64,000 nt of DNA from Octopus sinensis (Eukaryota): contig NC_042998.1 of assembly GCF_006345805.1 (NCBI RefSeq), positions 142,972,001-143,036,000 of the forward strand, read 5' to 3'. The translations under genes and the position numbers were made by a program. Each line of letters opens with the position of its first letter. Position 1 is the stretch's first letter. This document shows, piece by piece, positions 24,905-39,029 of this stretch. The notes under the pieces were generated by a model, which saw nothing but the letters and a program-made list of their open reading frames with translations, was not told the origin of the DNA and ran no database searches.

Positions 24905-27900
24905 CTGAAATGACAAAAATAAAATTCAGTGAATAATAATAATTAATATGTTGGAGAAATTGGAACTGACACTGAGAAATATGTCTGAGAAATTGGAATT
25001 GACATAAGGGTAAAACATACTCAAAAAACCGTTCCATTGGGGACAGCGAGAATTTTGAGATTGGTACTTGGGTGTTAAATATCTTCCACAATACTTAACA
25101 TCTAAGTACCAAATCTTATAATTCATAGAAAGAGACCCTGTGAGACCTTTGACAACAGGTTGCTGTCCACTCTCACAGAATTAACTGTGAGGAAGTAAGA
25201 TTGAGAGCCCTGAGAAGTAAAATTTAATAATATTAATGTTAGTAACAATAATAATCCTTTCTACAATAGGCACAAGACCTGAAATTTTGGGCAAGGAGAC
25301 TAGTCAATTACATCAACCCCAGTGCTTAACTGTACTTATTTCATCAACTCTGAAAGGATGACTTTGGTAGAATTTGAACACAGAATGTACTCAGAAAGAG
25401 CCTTACTTGGAAATAGGTGAGGATTGGTAACAAGAAGAGCACTCAGCCTTAGAAAGCCTACCTTAATAAATTTCATCTAACCCAAGCAAGTATGTAAAAG
25501 ATATTAAAACAATGATGATGTTTAGCATGGCTGTGTGGTAAGAAGTCTGCTTCTCACTCACATGGTTCTGGGTTCAGTTCTACTACATGGTACCTTGAGC
25601 AAATGATTTCTTTTTAGCCTTAGGCCAACCAAACCCTTGTAAGTGGATTTGGTAGGCAGAAACTGAAAAAAGTTTGTCATGTGTTTGTGTGTATATCTCT
25701 TTGTGCTTGAGGATGTCCCCCATTACTGTTGTTCTGTTTACGTCCCTGTAACGTAGTGACTTAGCAAAAGAGAATGATAGACTATCTATCAGGCTTTTAA
25801 AAAAAAAGTATTGGAGCAGGTTCATTTGACTAAAAATTCTTCAAAGTTGTGCCCCAGTATGGCCGCAGTCAGAAACAAGTAAAAAGATCATGAAGATGAG
25901 CATTTATAGATCTTTGAACAAGATTTATTCAGAAGTAAACAAACATTAAGAGCTACAAATGGATGACCTTTTACCATAAATAAATTCACAAGACTCTTCT
26001 TCCTTTTCCAGGTATCCGTTCCTCAATTACTGAATGATTTCCTTTCACTGAAGAATATTTAGATCATGGAATCATCTTTGCCATTAATGTCCATATGGTT
26101 TTGTCTTAAAATAGCTGGAACTGTTGAAGTCATTGATTTTCTTTCATTGTTTTACCATTAATCCCTTCTTTTAACTTAACATTATCTGATGACTCAGATT
26201 AATGATGGATTTCAGTTAATCTTCAAAACAATTAAGAATTAGAAGTGGTTTAGTAAAATATCTGTAATACTTATATTTATTGCAATATTCCACTGATGCA
26301 GATGTAGTTGTGTGATTAAAAGGTTTGCTTCCCAACTGTGTGGTTTCAGGTTCAGTACCACTGTGTGGCATCTTGGGCAAGTGTCATCCCCTGAACAGTT
26401 ATTGCCTTCCTGGATAGATGTTGGCCTCATGGGATGGGGTGGAAGATCATGCCTTCTTCATGCATTCCATTTTTGGGGTTGGTTCTAAAGCTTGATGCCC
26501 TTCTAATCACTGATTATTTTACAGATTATAATGAGAACACTTTATTGTACTTCAACACTAGAAAGTTGTCATGACCTCAACCAGACTAAAGAATTGGGTA
26601 TCATGTTTGAAATTAAGATGGGACAGTCACAACTGGAATGTTTATGATCATAAGTCTGCCTGATCACAGCTTATTTGTGATTAAACAACTTGTTTAATCT
26701 ACAGCAAATTGAAAGGTATTGACAATGACATGGCCAAACACATAAGATTAGCAGATTGAGCATCTTGAAGAAGGTGCTTTTTATAACCTGTTAACAGAGT
26801 TAATAAATTAGTTAATTAGCCAATGTATTCATTGGCTAATATAAGCTCAGGTACAGTTACATAGTTTTGGTTTCAGGCCCACTGTGCATCACCTTGGACA
26901 TGTGTCTTCTACTATGGCTCTGGTCTGATCAAAACATTGAGTGGATTTGGGAAAAAGAAACTGTAAAAAAAGCCCATCATCATCATCATCATCACCATCA
27001 CCATCATCATTGTTTTTAACATCCGTTTTCTATGCTGGCATGGGTTGGACAGTTTGAACAAAGCTGGCAAACAGGAGAGCTGCACCAAATTCCAGTCTGA
27101 TTTGGCTTGGTCCCTATGGCTGGATGCCCTTCTTAATGCCACCCACTTTACAGTGTGTGCTGGGTGCAGGGAGGAGTGTTTTTACATGGCGCCAGCACAA
27201 GTGCTTTTTATGTGGCATCAACATTATGTTTTAACTGTAAACAAAAACTTTACTCCCCACCCCATCACACAAAAAGTGACATATTTGCAGTTTTCCATGA
27301 AAACATGTTCAGACTAGGGAAATAGTACCTTGTGCATGTGTGTGTGTGTGTTCTTGTCTTCACAAAGGCAGCTTCCATGTGGTCACTAGGCACACTAGAA
27401 ATAGCAACCAACCTCCCTTGAATCATACCCTACCATCTTTGGAAAGAAAAAGACATCTCGGATAATATATACACCCACATACCCAGCATTGTACATGAAG
27501 TTTGCTTGCAGTCTTCTGTGAAAATATGTCCAAGTGAGAGCACCAAGGTAGGTGTTGTCAAGGTCACTGCCTGCATTATGGTAGATCATCAACTACCCTG
27601 TAATTTCAACCTACACACATTTTCCCCAAAGGAAGCCCTGTTGGCTTGCAAAAGAAAAGCATGTAACACTTTCTTTGATAACAGACAATGGTTGGCAACA
27701 GGAAAAGCATCTATCTGGCTGTAGAAAAATGATGTGTCAATGAATTTTGTCTGACCCATGAAAGCATGGAAAAGTAGGGATTAAAAGAATGACAACAACG
27801 ATGATGATGATGATGTTCTCAAATATTTACGGAGTGTCTCATTCCAGAAGTATTTGATTTCCAATTTAACACACTCATTGCACCGAAGTATCTCCATGAT

Positions 27901-27934
27901 AGGTTTAAATCGTCACCATCACCATCACCATCAT

Positions 27935-27969
<35 letters not shown>

Positions 27970-29166
27970 TAAAAATGAATGCTTTGTTTCTTAGCGATGG
28001 ATCCAATGGCTTGTCATGGCTTTTGTTGCTGTTGCCAACATAATGGAATCATTGTTTTATTATCAGGGAATCTTCCATTCGAGTGACATAAAGTAGTGCC
28101 ATTACATACTTGGTTGACTGGACACATGAAGGATATGTAACACGAAAGCCTGACGTGGGTGCATGTCTGTGGGGAGGGTTTGTTTTTGTTGATGTAACAT
28201 GGAAGCAATAGTATCAGTGGTGGTGATGATGTGGTGGTGGTGGTGGTAGCAGTGGTTGTCATGGTGGTGATGGTAGTAGTAATGGCTGTAGCAGTATAAT
28301 ACTATCTGGGGGAAATAACTGATAGCTGTTGACAGCTGTGATTCACTTGAATAAAAAAGAATATTTTTGCAATTGCCAGTTTAGTTACATCCATCCATCA
28401 GCACCACTGCTACCACCACTACCATCATTGTTCCCTCTCCTTCCACCCAACCAGTACAGATAGATAACATGATATGATACCATAACAACCCCTATACTTA
28501 CTCCATAACTGTTGTTCAATCTACAGTACATCCCTAGAAATAATTGTCGAAATATGTGAACAAAAAGCGTACAAAAACAACAACAAAAAAAACAATACTT
28601 AATTTTAGCACCTGACTCGTCATTATCCTCTTCCTTATCATCATCAGTCATCATTGCTCGTTTAACATTACTTTTTCTTCCATGCTTCCAAACATTTTAT
28701 TCCTGCATCATCACAAACCTTCTTTTGATCCAGTCTGTCCTTCTCAAGTAACACTCTATTTCTATTTCAGTGTATCAATCATCGTCTATCTCCTGGTAAT
28801 TTTCCTGCCAAGTCAGGATTACCCAAATAACATTAAATTAAATTAAACAAAGCTTAGACTTGGACAATGAGGGTGCCAGCACACAGGAATGTGCCTGTGC
28901 ACCTTCACTATTGCACAGACACCATCATGTATGTGTCTTATGGAGGTGTTCTCTGAGATAAAAAATGCCTGCCAAGCCTGCACATCAATAGTAGCAAATA
29001 GCTAAATACTTGTGTTGGAATCCTACAAAAGCCAATTGCAAACAGGCATAGGCATGAACAAACTTACACTAAAATTAGCACACATTCAAATTGGTTACTC
29101 ACCAGCTTTCAGCTTTACCTATTGCATATAAGATTTTAAAAAAACACCCTGCGAAGCTAAAATTAA

Positions 29167-29392
29167 CCCTTTAACTCTAGCTTTCAGATTATTTTATCAA
29201 ATGTTGTGCTTATTTGCTCTTAATTTTTAAAATTAATCATGCATCATCTCCTAGATTCAAGATTTCAATGATGTGATTGTGTATTTTTAGAACAACATTG
29301 TAGGGTAGGTGTGAGAGACTGGATCTGGCAGGCTTCAATGTAAAATAAGTAAAATATTTGGGCTAGATATGACTGATTTAAATGCTAAAGTG
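29167..29392. mobile_element. piggyBac-type MITE, family A
   Basis: TTAA CCCTTT...AATGCTAAAGTG TTAA; homologous to 31420-31592 and 32110-32263. Confidence 0.65.
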
Positions 29393-31419
29393 TTAATATC
29401 AACTTGACTCAAACAGCCTGTAAAAAAATTCATTGTCATCATGCATGTTTGGGTCCAATGGAATTCGTTGAGATAAGTTTTCTACAGCCAAAGGCCCATC
29501 CTGTTACAATGCTCATCTGTTTTAAAGCAAGTTAATATTTCCCCATGGCTGGATGGATGGAATTCAAATGAAAGCAGTGTATTTCAATACAAATCATCAC
29601 CATCATCATTTTTTAATGTGCTTTCCATGCCAACATGGGTTGAATTGTTTGACCAAAGCTGGCAAGTAGGAGAGCTATACAAGGTTCCAGTCTGATTTGG
29701 CTTGGTCTCTACAGCTGGATGCCCTTCCTAACTCCAATCATTTTACAGAGTGTGCTGGCCGATTTTTACATGGCACCAGCACAGGGCTATTACACGGTGC
29801 CAGCATGGGTGCTATTATATGGCACTGGCACTGGTGTGGGTACTTTATTGGTAAAAAAAGAGGTTGGGATTAAAAACACATTTTAACTTCATAAAAAAAG
29901 TAAACACACATGATACAAGGATGATGTTGTCCTAGATGAACTATTCCTTTAAAAATAAAAGGCTGAAATGTTACAGCTGCAATTCTGATGATCCTATGTG
30001 TTGCTCAGTCAGGTGGTGATAAGGTCTGCATCTAAGCAACAAACCTTTGACTTGTAAGCTGGCAGTATAACAATGTTGCTGCTGTGATTCTGAAAGATTG
30101 AAAGATAATTTTTCTGATGTTCATTCACAAACTCCTTTGGTCAACTGGACCACTGCTTATTTTTGATTTTTAGAGTATTAAGCATATAATTTTAAAAGAT
30201 CTCTTGGACAAGAAGCCAGTCTATTGTTGTAGGCTATTTTTCCTGCAGTGACTTAAAAAACAGTAATGAAAGTCAATGACTCAACGACTTATGATGTTAC
30301 AACCATCAGTTTAACATCTATTTGTCCGTACTTGAATGAGAGAGACAGAATTTGTTGAGATAGATTTTCTATGGCTGGATACTCTTCAAGTTACCAATCC
30401 TCACCAGTTCTCCAAGTAAGGTGATATTTCCCCATGACAAGACATGTTTACACAGAATGTTGGAAATGAAGGGCACTGCTTTCTATGAGAGTGACACTCA
30501 TTTACAACTATCATGCAAAGTCAAGGCAAAAAAACAGTAACAAACACGTGCATGTGCACAGACACAAACAGGCTTCTTTCAGTTTCTGTTTACCAAATCT
30601 ACTCAGAAGGCATTGATTGGTCCAGAACTATAGTAGAAGACATTTGCCTAAAGTGCCACACACTGGACTGAACCCAGAACCATGTGGTTGGGAAGCATCC
30701 AGAGCCATCATAGAAGACATTTTCCCAATGTGCCATGCAATGGGACTGAACCCAGAACCATGTAGTTGGGAAGCAAACTTCTTATCACACAGCCACGCAT
30801 GCATCTATACAATGGTGTAAAATATTGCCCTATAGAATCCACTTGTAACTGGAGTGGGTCATTGAAAGTTAAGTGTCTTTATCATGGAAACCTTGCAGTG
30901 ACCGGATATAAACTGATGACCACTTGGCCATCTGTGCTCACCAAAGACTAATTAAAGATGTCAAAAGACTTATTAAATGAATTAGTCAACAACACTTCGA
31001 ATGTTTCATTGGAAGCTGACAGGCACAGATATGGTTGTGTGCTTAAAAAGTTAGTTTTGCAATCATGTAGTTTTGGGTTCAATTCCATTGCAGAGCACTG
31101 ACTATAGCCCCAAGCCAACTAATTCTTTGTGAGTGAATATGGTAGATTGAAACTATAAGAAACATTGTGGATGTGTATGTGTTGTGCAATGTGTGTGCAT
31201 CTGTGTTGTATAAAGGTGTGCATATGTAAATTTGACATTCCAAGCCATTGCTTGTTACTGTTGGTGATATACAATTTCTATTTTGTACTATATACGTATT
31301 TCCTGTCTATTCTATTCTATTCTTCCATCTGACCACAATTTCATAGGCCATTTTTGGCAATTCTACTTGCATCTTAAATTAAGAGTCAACTATTTAAAAT
31401 CATCAGTATCATCATTTAG

Positions 31420-31592
31420 CCCTTTAGCATTCAGATTACTCTGTCAAATGTAATATTTATTTATTCAAATTGTTTTGAATTAATCATGCATTATCTCATA
31501 GCTTTGAGATTTCAATGATGTGATTGTTTAGTTTTTCAATTACATCGTAGACTATATGGGCTGGATATAGCTGGTTTAAATGCAAAATGATA
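31420..31592. mobile_element. piggyBac-type MITE, family A (right end decayed)
   Basis: CCCTTTAGCATTCAGATTACTCTGTCAAATG; internal homology to the 29167 copy. Confidence 0.6.
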
Positions 31593-32109
31593 AACCACTG
31601 TCTTCCATGTTAGAATGTGTTGGATGGTTCAACAGGATCTGATAGGTCCAAAAACTGCATCATGCTCCAATGTTTGCTTTGGCATGGCTTCTACAATTAG
31701 ATGCCCTTCATAATGCCAACCACTTTACCAAGTATATGAGGTGCTTTTTTATTTTTCATGGCATCAGCACTACTGAGACTGAGCAAGATTAAAATCCACT
31801 TTAACAGAATGTGGCTAAGGTGTCTTTCTGTTAGGAGACAAGAGGCTAAAATATGAAAATATGGGTCTGGAACAGGTTTTTTGCTGTAGAATAGCTACAT
31901 GGCTACTTGCATTAAACCGGTGTGAGGTTAATTCTCTTATTTTGAAACTTCATAAATTTTTTTAGGCATGATGCAATAATTATTTTGTTGATTGACTCAG
32001 CCTATGTGTTTCTGATACTATATATAACACAGAAGATAAGATGATACTGGATCATTGTTATACATTTAAAATATCATAAAGATTCTAAGCCTGACATTGT
32101 TAACCTTAA

Positions 32110-32263
32110 CTCTTTAGCATTTACATCAGCCATATCCAGCTCAATTATAAAGAATCACATTGAAATCTCAAAAACAAAGCTATGAAATAATACATGATTA
32201 ATTCAAAACAATGGGAATAAATAAGCATTACATTTGATAGAATATAATCTGAATGCTAAAGAG
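32110..32263. mobile_element. piggyBac-type MITE, family A (opposite orientation)
   Basis: Perfect 12-bp TIR CTCTTTAGCATT/AATGCTAAAGAG with TTAA on both sides. Confidence 0.8.
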
Positions 32264-32619
32264 TTAATGCAAAATAATGGCAATTTCTTTCTCTATTTCT
32301 TACAATGATGATGATGATGATGGTGGTGGTGGTTTCAAATTTTGGTACAGGTCCAGCAATTTTAAGGGAAGGGGTAAGATTATTAAACTGACCCCAATAT
32401 TCCACTGGTACTTCATTTTATTGAGACTGGAAGGATAAAAAGTGAAATTGACTGCAGTGGAATTTGAATTTAGAATGTTAAGAGCCAGAAGAAATGCCAC
32501 TAAGTACTGTGTTGAACTTGTTAATCTAAAGACCCATATCTTAGTCCTCTTGCTCAGATATCAGCAGCACCAAACATCCTTGTCCAATGTGTCCACAACT
32601 GTACCACAGCTCATTCGAG

Positions 32620-33000
32620 TCTTTTTAGGACTTCAAACTTGTAGCTAATTCCACTATGAATCTCACTGCTGAGATAAGTCAAGCAGTCAGCAACTTTGAC
32701 ATTCTCACTGCAACAGAGACAGATGAGGTAGAGTCCTCCAAGAATCCAATGAAAGGACTGGATCTTTATCTTGACCAAGAGACTCTAAGGCCAAGTGGTT
32801 CTGCTTTCTCACTCAGTGAAAGGAGAGTGCTCCTTGAGACATCCAGAGACTCAGCAACAATAACTGCATCATCAGTAAAATCTAGGTCTGCAATCTTAGT
32901 TTCACCAATGAGTGCACCACAACTTGATTGAGCCACCATTCAGCCAAGTATCAAATCCACACAGGCACTGAACAGAGTCAGATCCAAGATACAACCCTGA
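32620..33000 (-). pseudogene. Decayed RTE LINE reverse transcriptase fragment
   Basis: Minus-strand QGCILDLTLF...IADLDFTDDAVIVAES...EPLGLRVSW motifs. Confidence 0.75.
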
Positions 33001-33449
33001 TGGATCTCAGACCCTGCTCTATAGTTGAAGACTTGGACACTATCTGAGGCCCTTAGGAGCTTCCCAAACTCTTTTGGTACCAGGATGCTTCACAAGATTA
33101 TGGGTTATCATTGGTCAGATTTCATAATCAACCAATGACTTTACTCAGAGACTGGGATGTATCCTGTTCTATGATTTAGGAGCACCAGCTCAGACTGATC
33201 ATGTTGCTAGGTTGTCCAAGTTAGACCCTGCTTAATGTGTTCTCTTCACTGAGGATCCAGCTGGATTGAAGGCTAATGTTGGTCAGTCACATGCCACATG
33301 ATCATGGCAGATGAAGAGTATCTTGCAGAGACGGGGACAGACTGGAACTCTTTTCAATAGGTTGATCAGGTGACCCATGAATATACTAACAAATGGTGAA
33401 TGCTGTAGTATGCTGCAACAGTACATGCCCTCACACCTAACCTAACCTT

Positions 33450-34370
33450 ATTAACGATTCTACCAGCTTGAAAGGGGTAAGTTGATTACATCAATCCCAG
33501 AACTTGACAAGGTACTTTATTCTATAAATCCTATAAGAATGAAAGGCAAAGTGGATTTTGGCAAGATTTGATCTCAGAATATAAAGAGCTAATGATCCTA
33601 CCAGCTTACCACCTTAATAATGATGATGATAATAATAATAATCCTTTCTACTAAAGGCACAAAGTCTAAAATTTGGGGGGAGGGGAGTAGTCGATTACAT
33701 TGACCTTAGTATTTCACTGGTACTTCATTTATCGACCCTGAAAGGATGAAAGACAAAGTCAACCTTGGCGGAATTTGAATTCAGAATGTAGCAACAGGCG
33801 AAATACCACTAAACATTTTGCCTGGTATGCTAAATATAATAATAATAATATAATAATTTTTTGTACAAGGTCTGCAAGTTTGAGGGAGGGGTAAGTCAAT
33901 TAACTAGTATCTTGGCAGAATTTGAACTCAAAATGTGTGAAAACAGACAAAATGCCACTACACGTTGTCCGGCATGATAATAATTCTGCCAGCTTGCTGC
34001 CTTAATAGTAATGATAATAACAATAATAATAATAATCCTTTCTACTATAGCCACAAGGCCTGGAATTGGGGGGGGGGACTAGTCAATTACATCAACCCCA
34101 GTGTTTCACTGGTACTTAATTTATCAACCCCAAAAGGATGAAAGGCAAAGTCGACCTCAGCTGAATCTGAACTCAGAACATAGTGATGGATGAAATATCG
34201 CTTAGCATTTCACCCGGTATGCTAACAATTCTGCTAGCTCACTGCCTTAATAATAATAGTCCTTTCTACTATAGGCACAAGGCTTCAAATTGGTGGGAAA
34301 GGAATAATCAGTTACATCGACCCCAGTACTCAAATGGTGCTCATTTTATCGACCCTGAAAGGATGAAACC
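33450..34370 (-). repeat. Head-to-tail array of tRNA-like SINE copies separated by (AAT)n
   Basis: Repeated ~200-bp unit containing GAGTTCAAATTC (B box) and GCCTTTCATCCTTTC.GGGTCGATAAA on the minus strand. Confidence 0.85.
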
Positions 34371-34520
34371 TTCCATGTTGCCATGTTTACTTCAAATATA
34401 ATAATAGCTGGCACTCTGTTGGTTATGATGAGGGTTCCAGTTAATTTGATCAATAATACAGCCTGCTTGTGAAATTAATGTGAAAGTGCCTGAGCAGTCC
34501 ACAGACATGCGTACCTTTAA

Positions 34521-34741
34521 CCCTTTCATTACCGTATTTATTTTGAGATGCTTTGTGTTGCTTTCAATTACTTTAAATATAACAAAGAATTTAGTAAAAT
34601 AACTTAGTTATCATTCAGCTAGTGTTAGGAGCATAAATTGTGACTAAGGTTTGGTAGAAGATTTTAATTCAAAACTTATGAAGACAAGACATTTGTATGA
34701 TGGAGCCAGAGCCGGTTTCAGCCGGGTTGGTATTGAAGGGG
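34521..34741. mobile_element. piggyBac-type MITE, family B, nested in another repeat
   Basis: TTAA TSDs at 34517-20 and 34742-45; 13-bp TIR CCCTTTCATTACC / GGTATTGAAGGGG (2 mismatches); decayed relative at ~11170-11365. Confidence 0.85.
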
Positions 34742-35589
34742 TTAAGGTAATTCTCAGGGAAATTCAGCATGGCACAGAATGTGACAAGGCTGGCCCTTTG
34801 AATTACACATACATCTCATTCTGCCAGTTTAGTGGACTGGAGCAACATGAAATAAAGTGTCTTGCTCAAGAACACAATGTGCTGCCAGGAATTGAACTCA
34901 CAACCTTACAATCATGAGCAAAATACCCTAACAACTAAGTCACTTGTCTTCACTAATATAATAATAATGCTCTAATAATACTGACAATCCATCACATTTT
35001 CAGTGGTGATGGTAGTGGTTGTAGTAGGAGTAGTAGAGGTAGTGGTCATAGTAGTGGTGTTGGTGGTAGTGGAAATGGTTTCTTTTGACCAAGTACAAAG
35101 TACAAGGACAATCGATCTTTGTAGTGGAAGAGAACAACACAGTCAGTGGAACTAGTTCTTGTCTTTTGTTTCATTAATGTTAGAAAGAAGAGGAAAATAC
35201 ATTCAGTACATTTAAAAATTGGACTTAGAACAAAGTATAGTTTTGTATTCTATCTATAATTCTATTGCATCTACCAAAACTACCATCTCTTGAAGATGAA
35301 AGAAAAGAGAAAAGAAAAAAGAGAAAGAAAATGATTTAAGAAAAAAATGTAAAGAAAAGAAAGAAGAAAAATAGAAAAGAAAAAGTAGGAGAAAGAAATC
35401 ATTTGACTGCAATAACAGATGACAACAATCTTCCTCCACCTTTGGCAAATTTCATAAGTATTTGTAGTCCTTGGCCTAATGAGTAACACTGGCCATTGGT
35501 GGCATCTGAACTTAATGCTCTATAATAATAATAACGATAATAATAATAATAATAAATCTTTCATATCTTTGACACAAGACCAGTAATGT

Positions 35590-35955
35590 TGAGAGATCAA
35601 ATATCATCATGAAAGAAAAGATTGATAAATATGGAAACCTGAGAATTGAGATTGACAAGATGTGGCAGCTACGAGAGTCAAACATAAAGGTTGTCCCTAT
35701 TGTCATTGGAGCATTAGGTTCAATACCACCCAACCTGAAAAACCATCTGAAATCTTTAGAAATACCCTACAATCTAGGTATGTTGCAAAAATCAGCATTA
35801 CTTGGAACTGCACTCATATTGCATAAAGTACTGTCTGCCTGAGATTCTTGTTGTGACTTGTCAGACAGTACAAACCCCTGGTAGACACAATATCTTCAAT
35901 CAACAACATCACGATATTGGATAATGTGCAACGTCTTAAATAATAGTAATAATAA
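35590..35955 (+). mobile_element. 5'-truncated R4/Dong-like non-LTR element (RLE C-terminus plus 3'UTR)
   Basis: EKIDKY..L..EI..MW...VVPIVIGALG...LQKSALLGTA.IL.KVL; flanked by (TAA)n tracts. Confidence 0.8.
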
Positions 35956-37690
35956 TCTTTTCTACTAAAGGCACAAGGCCTGGAATTTTGGAGGAGGGGA
36001 CTAGTTGATTACATCGACCCTAGTGTTCAATTGGTACCTATTTTGACAGGCAAAACTGACCCCAGTGGAGTTAAAGACAGACAAAATGCTGCTAAGCATT
36101 TTGCCTAGCATGTTACTGATTCTGCCAGCTTGCTGCCTCATCAATAATAATAGTAATAATAATCCTTTCTGTTACAGGTACAAAGCTTGAAATTTTGGGG
36201 GAGAGAACCAGTCAATTACATCGACCCCAGTATTTCACTAGTACTTAATTTTTCAACCCTAAGGATGATGGCAGATGGCAGAATTTGAACTCAGAACCTA
36301 AGAATGGATGAAATACCACTAAGCATTTCACCTGGTGTGCTACTGATTCTGCCAGTTTGCCACCTTGATAATTATAATAATTCTTTCTAATTTTAGCATG
36401 TGGCCAGTAATTTTGACAGGAGAGGTCAGTCAATTACACTGACCTCAGTGCTTGATTGGAACTCATCAACCTTGAAAGGATGAAAGGCAAAACTGGCATA
36501 GGTGGAATTTGAACTCAGAATATTAAGAGCCAGAAGAAATGCTGCTAAGCATTTTGCCTAGCATGTTACTGATTCTGCCAGCTTGCTGCCTCATCAATAA
36601 TAATAGTAATAATAATCCTTTCTGTTACAGGTACAAAGCTTGAAATTTTGGGGGAGAGAACCAGTCAATTACATCGACCCCAGTATTTCACTAGTACTTA
36701 ATTTTTCAACCCTAAGGATGATGGCAGATGGCAGAATTTGAACTCAGAACCTAAGAATGGATGAAATACCACTAAGCATTTCACCTGGTGTGCTACTGAT
36801 TCTGCCAGTTTGCCACCTTGATAATTATAATAATTCTTTCTGATTTTAGCATGTGGCCAGTAATTTTGACAGGAGAGGTCAGTCAATTACACTGACCTCA
36901 GTGCTTGATTGGAACTCATCAACCCTGAAAGGATGAAAGGCAAAACTGGCATAGGTGGAATTTGAACTCAGAATATTAAGAGCCAGAAGAAATGCTGCTA
37001 AGCATTTTGTCCAATCCACAAACAATTCTGTCAGCTCGACATCTTAAATAATAACAATAATTCTTTCTGATTTTGGCAAAAGGCTAATAATTTCGGGAGG
37101 AGGGTATAATCAATTACATCCACCCCAGTACTTGACTGGTACTTTATTATATTGATCCCCAAAAGGATGAAAGACAAAGTTGACTTTGGCAATATCTGAA
37201 CTAAGAACACAAAGAGCAGAAAGTATATTGCCTGATGTGCTGACAATTGTGCCAATCTGCTACCCTAATAATAATCCTTTCTACTATAAGCACAAGGCCT
37301 GGAATTTAGGGGGAGGGGACTAGTTGATTACATTGACCCCAGTGTTTCACTGGTACTTAATTTAATGAACCCGAAAGGATGAAAGACAAAGTTGATCTCA
37401 ACAGAATTTGAACTCAGAATGTAGTGACTAGTGAAATATTGCTAAGCATTTCATCCAGCATGCTAACGATTCAGCCAGCTCACCAACCTAAATAATAATA
37501 ATAATAATAATGATGGCTTCAAATTTTGGCACAAGGCCAGTAATTTCAGGAGTAGGGGTAAGTCGATTATGTCAACCCCAGTGCTCAACTAGTATTTACT
37601 TTATTGACCCCGAAAGGATGAAAGGCAAAGTCGACCTTTGCAGAATTTGAACTCTGAACATAAAGATGGACAAGTAACAATAATAATAAT
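35950..37690 (-). repeat. Head-to-tail SINE array (about 8 units) including a 453-bp tandem duplication
   Basis: Same unit as 33450-34370; 36084-36536 repeated at 36537-36989. Confidence 0.9.
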
Positions 37691-38629
37691 AATAATATCT
37701 TATGTGGGTATTGCGCCTCATTCTGTAGGAGAGAGAGATATATAGCCAAAAGTTAAATCCTGGTGGGGATTTTACCTGGAAATGTTGAAATAATGTATGG
37801 TGTTTAGTCAGATTTGACTCACAGAGAGCTCAAATGCAACATTATAGATGAAAAGACTACATAAAATTTAAACAAAAAAAAATAATGATATGATTAATAA
37901 CTTATCTTAACGAAAAAGATAAAATCAAATAACGAAAGCTAAAACAAAGCAAGAGTTAATATAAGGAGAGAGACAGTCGGTTTATAAAAATTCATTAAAG
38001 TAATACTACATTTATATATCTGGCTGGCACGGGGCTATAGTAGAAGACACTTGCCCAAGGAACCACAAGACTGAAGCTGAGACCATGTGGTTGAGAATGA
38101 ACTGTCTTAATCACACAGCCATACTTCTCTGTGCATGAGTGTGTATGTGGGTAGAGGTATATATATATACGACTGCATACAATATATTTATATAGTGCCA
38201 TAATATATCAGAATACCCTGCTGCATGCAAATGTTGCTTTACCTCAATCAAAGGAATACAATTCTAAACACAATTATCTAGCAGATAAACTACTTTCACA
38301 TTTTTACCTCATCTACCACTACCACCACCACCACCACCACCACCACCACCACCAACTACTCACACTCTACCTTCTTCTAGCCCTACCCTCCTCTTTAATT
38401 TCCTGTCTGGTTCAGTTTAAATTGAATTTTATTGCAGGAATTATTGAAACCATATGTGTGTGTGTGTGCGTAGTGGTAGTAGTAAACAGGAGCAAGGAGA
38501 TAGTGACAAATGACGAATCAGATGGTAGAATTAACAGACGTTTTTTGTTTGTTTGGTTACTTCTAATTTCTCAATGATATACATAAACCAGCTGAAATTA
38601 AAAAAAGAAGCATAATAATTTCGTTCACA

Positions 38630-38969
38630 TCCACAATATATACATATATATACACACACACCTATATATATACATACACACACACACACCACATATATAT
38701 ATATATATACATACACACACACACATATATATATATATATACATACACACACACATATATATACATACATACACACACACATATATATACATACACACAC
38801 ACACACATATATATACATACACACACACACACATATATATACATACACACACACACATATATATACATACACACACACACACACATATATATACATACAC
38901 ACACACACACACATATATATACATACACACACACACAAATATATATACATACACATCTATACATATGAG

Positions 38970-39003
<34 letters not shown>

Positions 39004-39010
39004 TATATAG
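38630..39010. repeat. Compound (AC)n(AT)n ACAT minisatellite
   Basis: Read directly. Confidence 0.95.
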
Positions 39011-39029
39011 AGAGAGAGGTGGGGATCTA

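Noticed and set aside
33450-37690. CRISPR-like repeat-spacer array or tRNA gene cluster
   Set aside because: Units are ~200-bp diverged SINEs with simple-repeat spacers; B box only, no cloverleaf; eukaryotic context with no cas genes
38531-39000. Cys/Val/Tyr/Ile-rich ORFs (also 49076-49639 and 51866-52423)
   Set aside because: Dinucleotide repeats that lack stop codons in several frames
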